From Clostridia bacterium (GTDB lineage Bacteria > Bacillota > Clostridia > UBA1381), in the NCBI GenBank assembly GCA_045647245.1, contig JAZRMB010000025.1:12285-76284 (forward strand): DNA of 64,000 bases. Reading direction: 5' to 3'. Under the pieces are notes generated by a model, which was not told the DNA's origin, did no database searches, and saw only the letters and a program-made list of their open reading frames with translations. Below are positions 44,810 to 55,176 of this stretch, piece by piece; position 1 is the stretch's first letter, and each line of letters begins with the position of its first letter. A program made the translations under genes and the position numbers.

Positions 44810-47800
44810 ATGAAAAAAGGTTTTAAAAAGCTGCTTGGAGCAGCACTTTCTGTGGCAATGTTGTCGCAGGGATTAACATTCGCAGTTTCAGCGGAGACGA
44901 CGTATGATTATGATACGTCAAAGAACATATTGTTTGGAATGGACACATCAGCGTCAAGTGTCGTAAACTCAAGAGTTAGCCAAGCTCACAGCTGTAACCG
45001 TAAATCATTAATGGACGGATACAGTGTATCTGCTATTGGAAGTATAGGTACCGGTACTGCGTGGTGTGCACCTGCTGCGGCTGATACTATAACGTATACG
45101 GAATTCAGACTTACTAAGGATTACACTGTTGATGCCGTAGAGGTAACAAGCGGATATCGTGAAGATGTTACGAGTGGAGATCATGAGTACCTTGACTCAT
45201 ATTGGATTGAATACTGGAACGGCTCAGGCTTTGTAAAGGCAGAGGGCAGTGAAGTTACGGGCAATGAAGAGGCTGTATCGGGTGCAACCTTTACGGCTGT
45301 TACAAGTAATAAGTTCAGACTTGTTACAAATACAGATAAAGCTGTAAGAGTAAGAGAGGTAAGACTCTGGCTTGAAGGAACAGTTCCCGAGATTATCGAA
45401 ACTCCGGAAGAGGTAAACCTTATCGGCGGCGTTGCTGTTTCGGATGCATCTCCTGCTGTGGATGCGGCTGTTTTAACAGACGGTTCAAAGGCAAACGGAG
45501 CTGCAGGCTGGACGGTAGGTCTTGGCTATGACTATGATGTGTCACAGAATGCGTTGTTCGGCATGGATATCGCAAACATTACGCTTTCGCACGCATCAAC
45601 AAAAGAGGCAAGAGCGGCACTTGTTGACGGTTACAGCACTAGTGCGCAAGGAAATGCCAGTACAAAATGGTATGTTGACGCAACTGAAGAGAAAAAATAT
45701 GTGGAATTCATACTCAGTAAGGAGTATTATGTTGATGCGGTAAGAATAGCAAACAGCTATAACTACGGCGGCAGTGAGAGACTTGAATCTTTCTATGTTG
45801 AATACTGGAACGGAACTGAGTTTGTAAAGATTGCAGACAGTGAGGTTACCGGTAATGAAGATATTAACGCATACAAGAAATTTACTGTAGTAAAGAGCAA
45901 TAGGTTCAGAGTTGTAACAGAAAGCCCGAAGGTAATGCGTATAAGATAGATTGAGCTTTTCATTGCCGATGTGGACGGATATGATAATACAAATACCGCA
46001 ATTGCGCCTGCATATGTTGTTCTTCCGCTTGCAGAGAAAGAGAATGTATCACACATTGCACTCTACTCAGGCTCGGGTGCGGCAGGTGCATTTGCACAGG
46101 GTATTAACGCAGAAAATGTAAAGGTATATTATAACGACGGTGTATCAACTGACTGGACAGCGGCTAAGGTTGCAAACATCAACACCGTTACGCAGGAAAC
46201 AAACAACCTTACATTAAAGGCACGTCAGATTACATATCTTGAAATTGAGCCTGTTATTGCAAAGAATATCAAGCTTGAAATCCTTGACACAGACTTTACA
46301 CTTCTTGAAACTGAGGTTTACTATGCAGATGCCAATAAGCTGTTCGGTACTGTAGCAACAACAGTTGTTGAAGCAGGCAGTCAGGACTGGGGAAATGCAG
46401 TTGATATGCCGGGCTTTGTTCTTACAGACGGTATTTCAAATAATCCCAACAACATAGGCAAGTGGTATGTCTATAATTCAGACGGTGCACCTTATGCACA
46501 GATGAATTTGAACGGCAAGACAATTGACACTGTTAAAATCTGGTCAGGTAATTCTTCAAGAGCTGAGGTGACTGACACATACAGAACAAAGATTGCATAT
46601 TCCGAGGACGGAGTAAAGTGGACAGAGGCAGATATTAAGAATGTTGAATATTCAAGAAGTGGAAGCACAGAGCTTAAGGACGTTATGACCGTAACAATCG
46701 GCTCTGTAACAGCAAAATTCTTAAGAGTTTATGTTAATTCACAGGAAGCGGCAATAGGTGCACTCAGAATAAAGGAAATTGCGGCATATAACAATGGCTT
46801 AGAGGCTGCAGAGGAGACATTTACAATAGTTTCTGCAAATCTTGACGGAGTAAAGGTTTCTGATATGCAGACAGATGTTGCAAATAGTGCCGACAAGCTT
46901 ACACTTAAGCTTCTTTCAACACCCGATGTTGTTAAGGTGAATGGTAAGAATACAAGCTTTACAACAACTGACGGTACAACAATTGTTGTTGATATGCCGA
47001 GCCTACCATACAACACATGGTTTAATGTAGAGGCAGACGGAATAAGACTTTTGAGCCTTAAGACAATTCCCGAGATTAGTGTTACAAACAAGTCATTTGT
47101 GAAGGCTGAAGGTAATATCATTTTCTACGGAGTGATTACTGACAATGCAGGCGTAGCAACTGATGATGCAAAGCTTATCTTCACAACAGAGAAGGACGGC
47201 GTATTAAACGGTGTTAAGATTGAAGATGTAACATTCGGCACTGAAAACAGCATAATGGTAGCTGACGGAGATAATCCTTCGGTATATCTCTGGGCAATGA
47301 ACACAGTTAAGCCTCTTGCAAAGAAGATTGTAAATTATAATCAGGATGAGGTAGTAGTAGAAGTTAACGAGGAAGGCTTTACAGCATATGTAAAGAATGA
47401 TGCATCAACAGATGCAGAGTACATCGGATACTGGTTCTGCCACGAGGTATCGGAAGCTGCAAACGCAGACCTTTACAGAATTAAGGGCACAAAGCTTTAT
47501 GAAAGACTCGACGATTTTGCGTTTACTCCTGTAAATGATGTAAACATTACATCTAACGGAGAATATGAAATGGCAATTAAAGAGACATCAGGTGACGGTG
47601 CTGACTTTGTCGGTGGCTTCCACGGCGATGAGATTATTGACAGCGTTACAATGACTGTTGATTCAAAAGAGGTTTCACTTTCAGAAAACGGCTTCTACAA
47701 GGGTTCAAGCATTGTGTTTGCACAGAATGCTACAGTAAATGCGAGTGGTACACCTGATTTAAAATTAATTGACCACGAGAAGATTTACACAATCACAAAG

Positions 47801-48223
47801 GACGGAATCAAGCTTAACCAGACAGCAAAATGGCTGAATGATTCAAGTGTATCCGAGGTTTATATGGCTATGCTTCCGGTAAATCACAGAGACGAAAACG
47901 GTGTTCAGATTAACGACACAATAACAGCTGGCTCAACAAGCTACTACAGACCAAGATATTTTGGTGGTGTTAAGTTCAATGTCGGCTATACAAACGCACT
48001 TTCAGTAACTGCATCAGGCGGTGCGCTGGGTGCAAAGGTTGAGGTTACAACAAAGCCTGTTCAGGGCTTTGCCGACAGCGACATTCAGTTCTTTATGTAC
48101 ACAAGAGAAACAAACGATAACAAGGTTTACTTCCGCTCACTGCGTGAAAATAACAATGTATTCGCAGTATCAAAAGGCGAGGTATGGGAAGTAGAGAATA
48201 CTTATAAGGTAACGGTTGAATAA
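44810..48223 (+). CDS. secreted multi-discoidin protein, one reading frame interrupted by an in-frame TAG at 45947-45949
   Basis: ORFs 44810-45949 and 45971-48223 are in the same frame (both coordinates are 2 mod 3). The TAG sits inside the conserved module-end motif: ...FRVVTESPKVMRIR-TAG-IELFIADVDG. Compare FRIQEIELF, FRIMEIQLE and VRVREVRLW in the paralogs. Confidence 0.7.
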
Positions 48224-48330
48224 ATTATAATTTGTGGGGGATATCGGGGACTGGTATGCGACGTTTTGTCCGCAGGATGAAACCAAAGCGTGCCTGTCCC
48301 CACCCCAAATCCCCTGCAAATTATAATTTA
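48222..48330. repeat. A-type element, minimal variant (AAATTATAATTT - GC-rich hairpin - AAATTATAATTT)
   Basis: The 12-bp palindrome occurs at 48222-48233 (overlapping the TAA stop) and at 48318-48329. The core is gtgggggatatcggggac ... gtccccaccccaaatcccc. Confidence 0.75.
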
Positions 48331-48347
48331 CGAAAGGATGGAGATTT

Positions 48348-50996
48348 ATGTTAAAAAAAGCACTTGCGCTTATATTATCAATGACAATGACTACACAGCT
48401 TTTTACACTACCTGTAAAAGCAGAAGGAGAATATGACTATGACGTTACGAAGAACGTCCTTTTTGGGTTGAATCCTTCTAAAGAGAATGTGGTTCTGTCC
48501 AGATGGAATATGGGACAGATGAGCTGGCACAGGTCATGTCTTATTGACGGAATCAGTACATCTGCGAGCGGATGGGAATCAAAAGGCGATGTGTGGTTCT
48601 GTAATACGGGCGATGTGCCGACTACAGCAACATTTAATCTCCCGGATGAGCAATGCGTAGATGCAATCGAGATAACATCGGGTGACCAAAACGGCACCGA
48701 CATACTTTCAGACTTCCATCTTGAATACTGGAACGGCTATGATTTTGTGAAGGTTGAAGGCAGTGAGGTTACGGCAAACAATCAAAAGGTAAGAAGACAG
48801 GAATTTCCCGTTATAAAGAGCAGTAAATTCAGAGTGGTTGTAAATATCCCGAGATTCAGAATATGTGAGGTGTCATTGGAAAGAAGCGACGAAGTGCCTG
48901 CACCTACTCCGACACCTGATGTGACACCAACACCTACTCCGACACCGGGTGGTGACGTTGTGCCGGACGGATATGACTACGATATAACTAAAAACGTTCT
49001 CTTTGGCTCTGATGTATCGATAAATCAGGGCGATTGTCCGTTTCCTGCATCCCTTGCAGACGGAAAGCGTGAGAGCGTTGACGGAAACAGAGATACAAAA
49101 TGGTTTGTCCAGAGTCCGAGCGGTGAGGACTGGGCAGAGTTTATACTTAAAAAGAATCAAACAGTTGCAAAGGCTGTAATATATTCTTTTGGCAGCCAGG
49201 ATCAGGATATAATAGACAGTGGTTGTTTTCAGGTGTTTGCAAACAATGAATGGAGAACAATAGAGGGCAGTGAATTTTCGGAAAATTCAGAGCGTATGAT
49301 TGAGGTTACATTTAACCCGGTAAGAGGAAATCAGTTCAGATTTTTAACAAATACCACAAAGCGTTTCAGAATTATGGAAATTCAGCTTGAAAGCCCTGAA
49401 AGAAAAATGAATTTTGAAAAAACTCAGCAGGGGACAGTTTATGCCCCGGGTGCTGTTAGCGATATATTTTATGCGGAGAACTCAAAGGACTGTGAGGTTA
49501 AGCTGTATATCGATTCTGATGAGATAGAGTATGAGAATGCAGAGGATGATAAATACAGCTTTACGGCTTTGGTTGACAAGGTTGGGGAACACACGTTAAA
49601 AGCCGAAATACTTGTGGATGGAATGATTTGGAATGAGTATTCGGTTACATTCATAATATCCAATATTGATGCTTTATATAATCTGATTACAGTTGATAAG
49701 GACAAGGAAAAAATTGATTCTATCCTTATTAATATGGTGGATGATTTTGCACTGTATGGTAAGGATATTTCGTATTATAAAGAAATGAGCAAGAGTGTAA
49801 GAGATACTCTTATAGACGAGCTTTTAAAGGACTCATCATACGAAAAAGAAACGCTTATTGAAAAGCTTTATGAAAATATGAAAGCAGGCGAGCTTCTTGC
49901 ATACATAAACGGTGCAGAAACAGCAGCCGATATAGAAAAGGCAATCAAGCTTGCAGATAGCCAAAACAGCGGTTTTTCAGAGGATTTTTCACTCCTGTCC
50001 GAAGAAGCAAAACAAAAAATCAGTGATGAAATAGTATCAATCCGTGAAGTTGACGGCGATTTCAGAAACGGTGAGGATTTAATGAATATTCTGCCGTATT
50101 TGCAGGCACTTTATGTTTATGAAAATACATATGCTCTGTCCCTGCCTGAAGTGTTTGAAAGATATAAGGACGTTGCAGAGGTTGACACATCATATATTGA
50201 AAAGGGTATTTATGATGATGTGCTTGAAAGATTAAAGGAAAAGAAGGTTTCGGATTACGGCGATATTCCCACTCTTCTGGATGAAGCATATGACGAAGTG
50301 AAGAAGGAAAACAACAAAGGCTCCGGTGGAGGCTCGGGCGGAGTCGGAGGCGGTGGAGGCGGCGGCTCATCAAAGCCTTCGGGCACAAGCTCCGGCTATG
50401 TTTACACCGCACCGACAGCTTTTGAAAAGGAAGAGGAAAGCTTTGATATAAATAATGAATTTTCTGACCTTGCAGGTTTCTCATGGGCGGAAAAAGCAAT
50501 CGAAAGACTATACCGCGAGGAAATTGTGAGCGGTAAGGCAGAAGGAGAATTCTGCCCGTCTGACTTTGTAAAAAGAGAAGAGTTTGTAAAGATGGTAATG
50601 TGTGCCCTTGATTTTGAAGAGGGTGAGGGAGAGCTCGATTTTGAGGATATAGAAAAAGATAACTGGGCTTATCCGTATCTTCTTTCGGCTGTCAATAAGG
50701 GTATAGTAAGCGGAAAGACTCAAAATACTTTCGGTATGGGCGAATATATCACAAGAGAGCAGATTGCAGTTATTCTTGCAAGAGCGGCAACGTTAAAGGG
50801 TGCAGAGCTGAAAAGCCCAACCGATGAGAAGTTTTCTGATGAGGCTGATATATCGGATTATGCTCTTACCTTTGTCAAGATAATGAAGGCATCGGGTCTT
50901 ATAAGCGGATATGAAGACAATACCTTCAAAGCAAAGAACAACGCTACAAGAGCAGAAGCGGCAGTAATGATAGCAAGACTTTTAGATCTTATATAA
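48348..50996 (+). CDS. secreted discoidin-repeat protein with C-terminal SLH cell-wall anchor
   Basis: Signal peptide ...VKA-EG. Two YDYD..KNVLFG ... TKWF ... FRI.E modules, a PT-rich linker and a Gly-rich linker (GSGGGSGGVGGGGGGGS). Three C-terminal SLH repeats (FSDLAGFSWAEKAI, FEDIEKDNWAYPYL, FSDEADISDYALTF). Confidence 0.8.
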   Translation: MLKKALALILSMTMTTQLFTLPVKAEGEYDYDVTKNVLFGLNPSKENVVLSRWNMGQMSWHRSCLIDGISTSASGWESKGDVWFCNTGDVPTTATFNLPDEQCVDAIEITSGDQNGTDILSDFHLEYWNGYDFVKVEGSEVTANNQKVRRQEFPVIKSSKFRVVVNIPRFRICEVSLERSDEVPAPTPTPDVTPTPTPTPGGDVVPDGYDYDITKNVLFGSDVSINQGDCPFPASLADGKRESVDGNRDTKWFVQSPSGEDWAEFILKKNQTVAKAVIYSFGSQDQDIIDSGCFQVFANNEWRTIEGSEFSENSERMIEVTFNPVRGNQFRFLTNTTKRFRIMEIQLESPERKMNFEKTQQGTVYAPGAVSDIFYAENSKDCEVKLYIDSDEIEYENAEDDKYSFTALVDKVGEHTLKAEILVDGMIWNEYSVTFIISNIDALYNLITVDKDKEKIDSILINMVDDFALYGKDISYYKEMSKSVRDTLIDELLKDSSYEKETLIEKLYENMKAGELLAYINGAETAADIEKAIKLADSQNSGFSEDFSLLSEEAKQKISDEIVSIREVDGDFRNGEDLMNILPYLQALYVYENTYALSLPEVFERYKDVAEVDTSYIEKGIYDDVLERLKEKKVSDYGDIPTLLDEAYDEVKKENNKGSGGGSGGVGGGGGGGSSKPSGTSSGYVYTAPTAFEKEEESFDINNEFSDLAGFSWAEKAIERLYREEIVSGKAEGEFCPSDFVKREEFVKMVMCALDFEEGEGELDFEDIEKDNWAYPYLLSAVNKGIVSGKTQNTFGMGEYITREQIAVILARAATLKGAELKSPTDEKFSDEADISDYALTFVKIMKASGLISGYEDNTFKAKNNATRAEAAVMIARLLDLI

Positions 50997-51017
50997 CTGT
51001 TCGGAAAGGAGAGAACT

Positions 51018-52799
51018 ATGATTAAAAGAATAACAGCCATTTGTATGGCGGCGACAATTGCAGTATCGGCTGTGCCGGTGTTTGCAAAGCCTATATACAA
51101 AAAGGGTGATAACATTGCATCAAAAGCAAAGATTTCGGCATCCGTTATGGGTGGTGACGCAACATCAACGCCACATTGCCTGAACGACGGCGAGGTTCCG
51201 TCTCTGGCTAACGGTTCAACAAAGTGGTTTGTGGTGTCGGGAACAGATGGTGCGTGGGCAGAGTTTACCTTTCCCGAGCCTGTAAATATAAAGGATGCAA
51301 AGGTTCATGGCGGTATGCAAAATGCCGCAGAAAAGGATATTATAGCAGGATTTAAAATCCAGTATTATACCCCCTCGGGTTGGAAGGATGCGGCAGAGGT
51401 TTCTGAAAATGCGGACTTTACCATTCCAGTCAGCTTTGACGGTGTGGTAACAAGTGACCGTTTCAGACTTCTTTCAACATCCAAGGTGAGATTCAGACTT
51501 ACCGAGGTTGAGCTTTATGAGGCTATTGAGAGCGAGGCGGCATCTGAGGGCGGCGATGTAAAGACTATTGAGGATGTGGACGGAAAATATAAAATTCCCG
51601 TTGAAACCGTTCTTAATATCGGACTTTTAGACGGCGAATATGTTTTGAACGATGAAGATATGATAAAGCGTGGTGAGTTTGTAAAGCTCCTTATGGACTT
51701 TATCGGCGAAACACTTCCCGAAAATATGCCAGACAGTATATTTTATGATGTAAAATCGGGAACAGATATTGCAAAATCGATTGCAAGGGCGACAGAGCCT
51801 TCGGCACTTTTAGGCATCACCGACAGACTTATCAGGTACCGCTTATCAAACGGCGAGATTTCTGCGGTGCAGATGCAGGAAAGTGAGCCCGAGAAAGAGC
51901 CTCTTTATCTTAAGGACACAGCGGGTGAATTTGTAAGATATAAGAACGCAAACGGTTATTACGGCACTAACAATGTTTTAAGTGCAAACGGTAACGGCAG
52001 AAATCTTATTCTTACAAGCGATACAATAATATTTAAAACCCTTGTAAACCGTACGGGCGATGAAAAGAAGGATTATGTTGTATTAAGAGGCGGCGGCATA
52101 TTCAACGGAAAATATTCGTCAAAAAGTGCCGAGGTATATAATATAAATACAGACGGTATTCCTGAGGCTATACATTTTAATGAGGAAAAGAGCGCACAGC
52201 AGCTTAGCTTGTCAAGTGCTGTAGGTGTAGTTAAAAAGGTATCAAAAATATATGATACGGTTGAAGAAGAATTGAAGACACATATTACATTCTTGTATAA
52301 CGGCAATGAACTTGAGCTTATAATGGACGAGGATGCGGTGTACAACGGTGCATACAACACATTTGGTGCAGGCTTTGCAGGCGGTGCGGTATACAGTGCC
52401 ATGACACCCGATCAGATTAAAAAGGGCGATGTAATACAGTTTAGTGTTGAGAACGGAAAAATTGTGACCTACAGAATAATTGCCGTTGCATCGGAAAGTG
52501 ATATTACGGGAATACTTCAGCAAACAGGTGGAGACAGACCGGGCGTTATGCCGCTTATTGAAAGTGCATATGGTCATATAGCAAGCTATTCCGATACAAC
52601 AATATCGGTTGATGTGAACGGTACAATTTACACCTATCTCAATGCGTCTCCGAATATCTACATATATTATAAAGACGGCGTTACTGTAGAAAAGGCGGAT
52701 TCAAGCTATATTGTATCAAAGCTCAATGACGGTGTGGGTTCTCGTGTCTTTGTGAGGGTAAGCTCAAAGGCTGTCAGGGATATTATAATATATAAATAA
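51018..52799 (+). CDS. secreted protein with one N-terminal discoidin module
   Basis: Signal peptide ...VFA-KP. ANGSTKWFVVSGTDG ... FRLTEVELYE module. The remaining 400 aa have no motif I can name. Confidence 0.65.
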   Translation: MIKRITAICMAATIAVSAVPVFAKPIYKKGDNIASKAKISASVMGGDATSTPHCLNDGEVPSLANGSTKWFVVSGTDGAWAEFTFPEPVNIKDAKVHGGMQNAAEKDIIAGFKIQYYTPSGWKDAAEVSENADFTIPVSFDGVVTSDRFRLLSTSKVRFRLTEVELYEAIESEAASEGGDVKTIEDVDGKYKIPVETVLNIGLLDGEYVLNDEDMIKRGEFVKLLMDFIGETLPENMPDSIFYDVKSGTDIAKSIARATEPSALLGITDRLIRYRLSNGEISAVQMQESEPEKEPLYLKDTAGEFVRYKNANGYYGTNNVLSANGNGRNLILTSDTIIFKTLVNRTGDEKKDYVVLRGGGIFNGKYSSKSAEVYNINTDGIPEAIHFNEEKSAQQLSLSSAVGVVKKVSKIYDTVEEELKTHITFLYNGNELELIMDEDAVYNGAYNTFGAGFAGGAVYSAMTPDQIKKGDVIQFSVENGKIVTYRIIAVASESDITGILQQTGGDRPGVMPLIESAYGHIASYSDTTISVDVNGTIYTYLNASPNIYIYYKDGVTVEKADSSYIVSKLNDGVGSRVFVRVSSKAVRDIIIYK

Positions 52800-52817
52800 G
52801 GAAGGAGAGTATATGCT

Positions 52818-55010
52818 ATGAAGATAATTAAATTGCTCAGCTGCGCTATAATTGCATTATGTGCGACTGCTTCGGTAGGCTTTGCGAAGGTTGCAGAGTA
52901 TGATATAACGCAAAATCTCCTTTATGATATCCCGATTGAGAATGTTTCAATTTCGGCAGGAACAATCGGAGGCTTCGGACAGAGAATAGACGTACTTTTT
53001 GACGGCAAATTCAATGTGTCGGGTAATGCAGGTACACGCTGGGCGGTAGAAAGCGGAATGCTTGGTGCAAGTATTGAATTTGAGTTTGAAAAGTTTGTAA
53101 CTTTAGACCGTATGCTTATCAAAAACGGATACCCAGGAGAGGGAGAAGAAGGCAAACAAAGACTTTTATCCTTCTCAATGTGGTACTGGGACGGTGCGGA
53201 ATATAAAAAGATTAACTTTATAAACAACAACTCACCGCTTTCGGATACTCATACATTCAGTTTTGATGCTGTCACAACAAATAAAATAAAGATAGTGTCG
53301 GAGCAGAATTCGATATTCAGAATGGTTGAGATTGTAATGCTTGCACCCGGAAGTGAATATGTTGAGGGTACATATGAGTATACACCGAAGAAGAAAATAG
53401 AGATTAAGTATAACAATGCTTTTCTTACCTTTGATAAGGATAAGCCTGAAATGGATAAAAACAGCGGTGTGATGTTTGTTCCTGTTCGTGAGATGAAAAA
53501 GCATCTTGGCTTTACCACAGACTGGATTGATTCCGAAAAGCAGATTGTTATGGAAAACGGAAGCCATAAGGGCGTATTCACAATCGGTAAAAACGTAGGA
53601 ACAATAGACGGCGAAGAGGTTACATTGAGCGCTGTACCGTATCTTAAGGAAAGCCGTGCATATCTGCCGGTAAGAGATTTTGCAAAGGCTTTAGGAGGCT
53701 GTGCAACGTGGTATGACTATGAGAGGGAAATTGACATTATAAGTGAGGAATTTATCCCGAATCTTGCTAAAGAATATATGGGAGAATCACCATTTGCTGT
53801 AGTGGCAGGCGGCGAACAAGAGGTTGTTTATCGTACTGCTAACTGTGATTTTGTGCAAACTGTATCGAATGATCAGCTTGATTTTGAAATAAACTATGAC
53901 GGTAAAATAACATCAGCTGTTTTAAAGCCGTTTTCAAAGGAAATAAAGCCCGAGGTTGTCGGCAATACAGTTAAGTTTACCGCAAAATCGCGTGACCAGC
54001 TTTGTCTTATCATAAACGGCGATAAAAAGTGTCCGCTCTTTATTTCGGTAAATCCCGAAATTGCAAGACCTGAGGATGACGGGAACACACTCTATTTTGA
54101 GGATGAGAAGGTATACCGCCCGGGTATTGTAGAGCTTTCTGACAATCAGACGGTGTATATCGCAAAGGATGTTGTAATAGATGGCGGTTTTGCGTCAAGC
54201 GGAAAGAAGAATATCAAAATCATAGGCCATGGTGTGATTAAAAATCTTTCAAAGAACAGCCTTATTGGAATGGATAACTGTGAGAATGTTACTATTAACG
54301 GACTCACCGTAATAGGTGCCGAGGCGTGGCACAATCCGTGGAACTACTGCAGTAATGTGCTTGCGGAGAACTACAAGATTTTCGGTAGTCTGACCTATTC
54401 TGACGGTATTGATATGGTATCTTGCAATAATGTTACACTCAGAAACATTATGATAAGGAACGAGGATGACGGATTATGCATAAAGCTTGATGGTGATAAA
54501 GGCTCGGAAAATATACTTGCCGAGGATTGCGTAATCTGGAGCGGTGAATCAGGAAACTCCACCGAAATCGGCTATGAACTTGTTGGACCGTACGTAAGGA
54601 ATGTTACATTCCGCAATATCGATGTTATAAACAGAGGAACGAAATCATCAAAGTTCAGACGTTCGGCAATGAGTATCCATAACGCCGGCTATGCAAAGGT
54701 TCACGATATTCTCTATGATAATATCAGAGTTGAAGAAACAGACGAAAACCTCATACATATGGAAAGAATCAGCTATAGTGAATGGGGTGTGTGCGAAGGC
54801 TCTATTGAGGATATTAAGATAGAAAATGTTACATACCTTGACGACAAGATAGTTCCGATTAATATGATTAATGAAGCGGCAGCACCCGGTAAGCACTCGG
54901 TAAGCTTTAAAAACTTAACCTACGGCGGTAAAAAGATAGATTCAATGGATGCATTAAAAGCAAACGGACTTGCAGTATCAGGTGACGTTGAAATCGGATT
55001 TCATGAATAA
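52818..55010 (+). CDS. secreted discoidin + stalk-domain + beta-helix glycoside hydrolase (GH28-like)
   Basis: Signal peptide ...GFA-KV. GNAGTRWAVESG ... FRMVEIVML module. The copper-amine-oxidase-N-like stalk is VPVREMKKHLGFTTDWID...YLPVRDFAKALG. The beta-helix domain has YSDGIDMVSC, NEDDGLCIK and SGESGNSTEIGYE motifs. Confidence 0.75.
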   Translation: MKIIKLLSCAIIALCATASVGFAKVAEYDITQNLLYDIPIENVSISAGTIGGFGQRIDVLFDGKFNVSGNAGTRWAVESGMLGASIEFEFEKFVTLDRMLIKNGYPGEGEEGKQRLLSFSMWYWDGAEYKKINFINNNSPLSDTHTFSFDAVTTNKIKIVSEQNSIFRMVEIVMLAPGSEYVEGTYEYTPKKKIEIKYNNAFLTFDKDKPEMDKNSGVMFVPVREMKKHLGFTTDWIDSEKQIVMENGSHKGVFTIGKNVGTIDGEEVTLSAVPYLKESRAYLPVRDFAKALGGCATWYDYEREIDIISEEFIPNLAKEYMGESPFAVVAGGEQEVVYRTANCDFVQTVSNDQLDFEINYDGKITSAVLKPFSKEIKPEVVGNTVKFTAKSRDQLCLIINGDKKCPLFISVNPEIARPEDDGNTLYFEDEKVYRPGIVELSDNQTVYIAKDVVIDGGFASSGKKNIKIIGHGVIKNLSKNSLIGMDNCENVTINGLTVIGAEAWHNPWNYCSNVLAENYKIFGSLTYSDGIDMVSCNNVTLRNIMIRNEDDGLCIKLDGDKGSENILAEDCVIWSGESGNSTEIGYELVGPYVRNVTFRNIDVINRGTKSSKFRRSAMSIHNAGYAKVHDILYDNIRVEETDENLIHMERISYSEWGVCEGSIEDIKIENVTYLDDKIVPINMINEAAAPGKHSVSFKNLTYGGKKIDSMDALKANGLAVSGDVEIGFHE

Positions 55011-55023
55011 TTAAACAAAAAAG

Positions 55024-55060
55024 CAGAAGCGGCAGGTGAACTTTGCGGCTTCTGTTTTTT
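55024..55060 (+). terminator. rho-independent terminator
   Basis: cagaagc-loop-gcttctg followed by tttttt. Confidence 0.6.
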
Positions 55061-55105
55061 ATGCAAAGATATAGAAAAAGTACAATTATCAGTAGAATAA
55101 ATCGA

Positions 55106-55134
55106 TTGACAAGTGACTGAGCGAGGAATATAAT
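55106..55134 (+). promoter_or_regulatory. consensus sigma-A promoter of the cytoplasmic beta-helix hydrolase gene
   Basis: TTGACA (55106-55111), 17 nt spacer, TATAAT (55129-55134). Confidence 0.6.
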
Positions 55135-55176
55135 TTTAGAAAACAGTAATTTGATAATAAAAGGGAAGTGTTTGTA

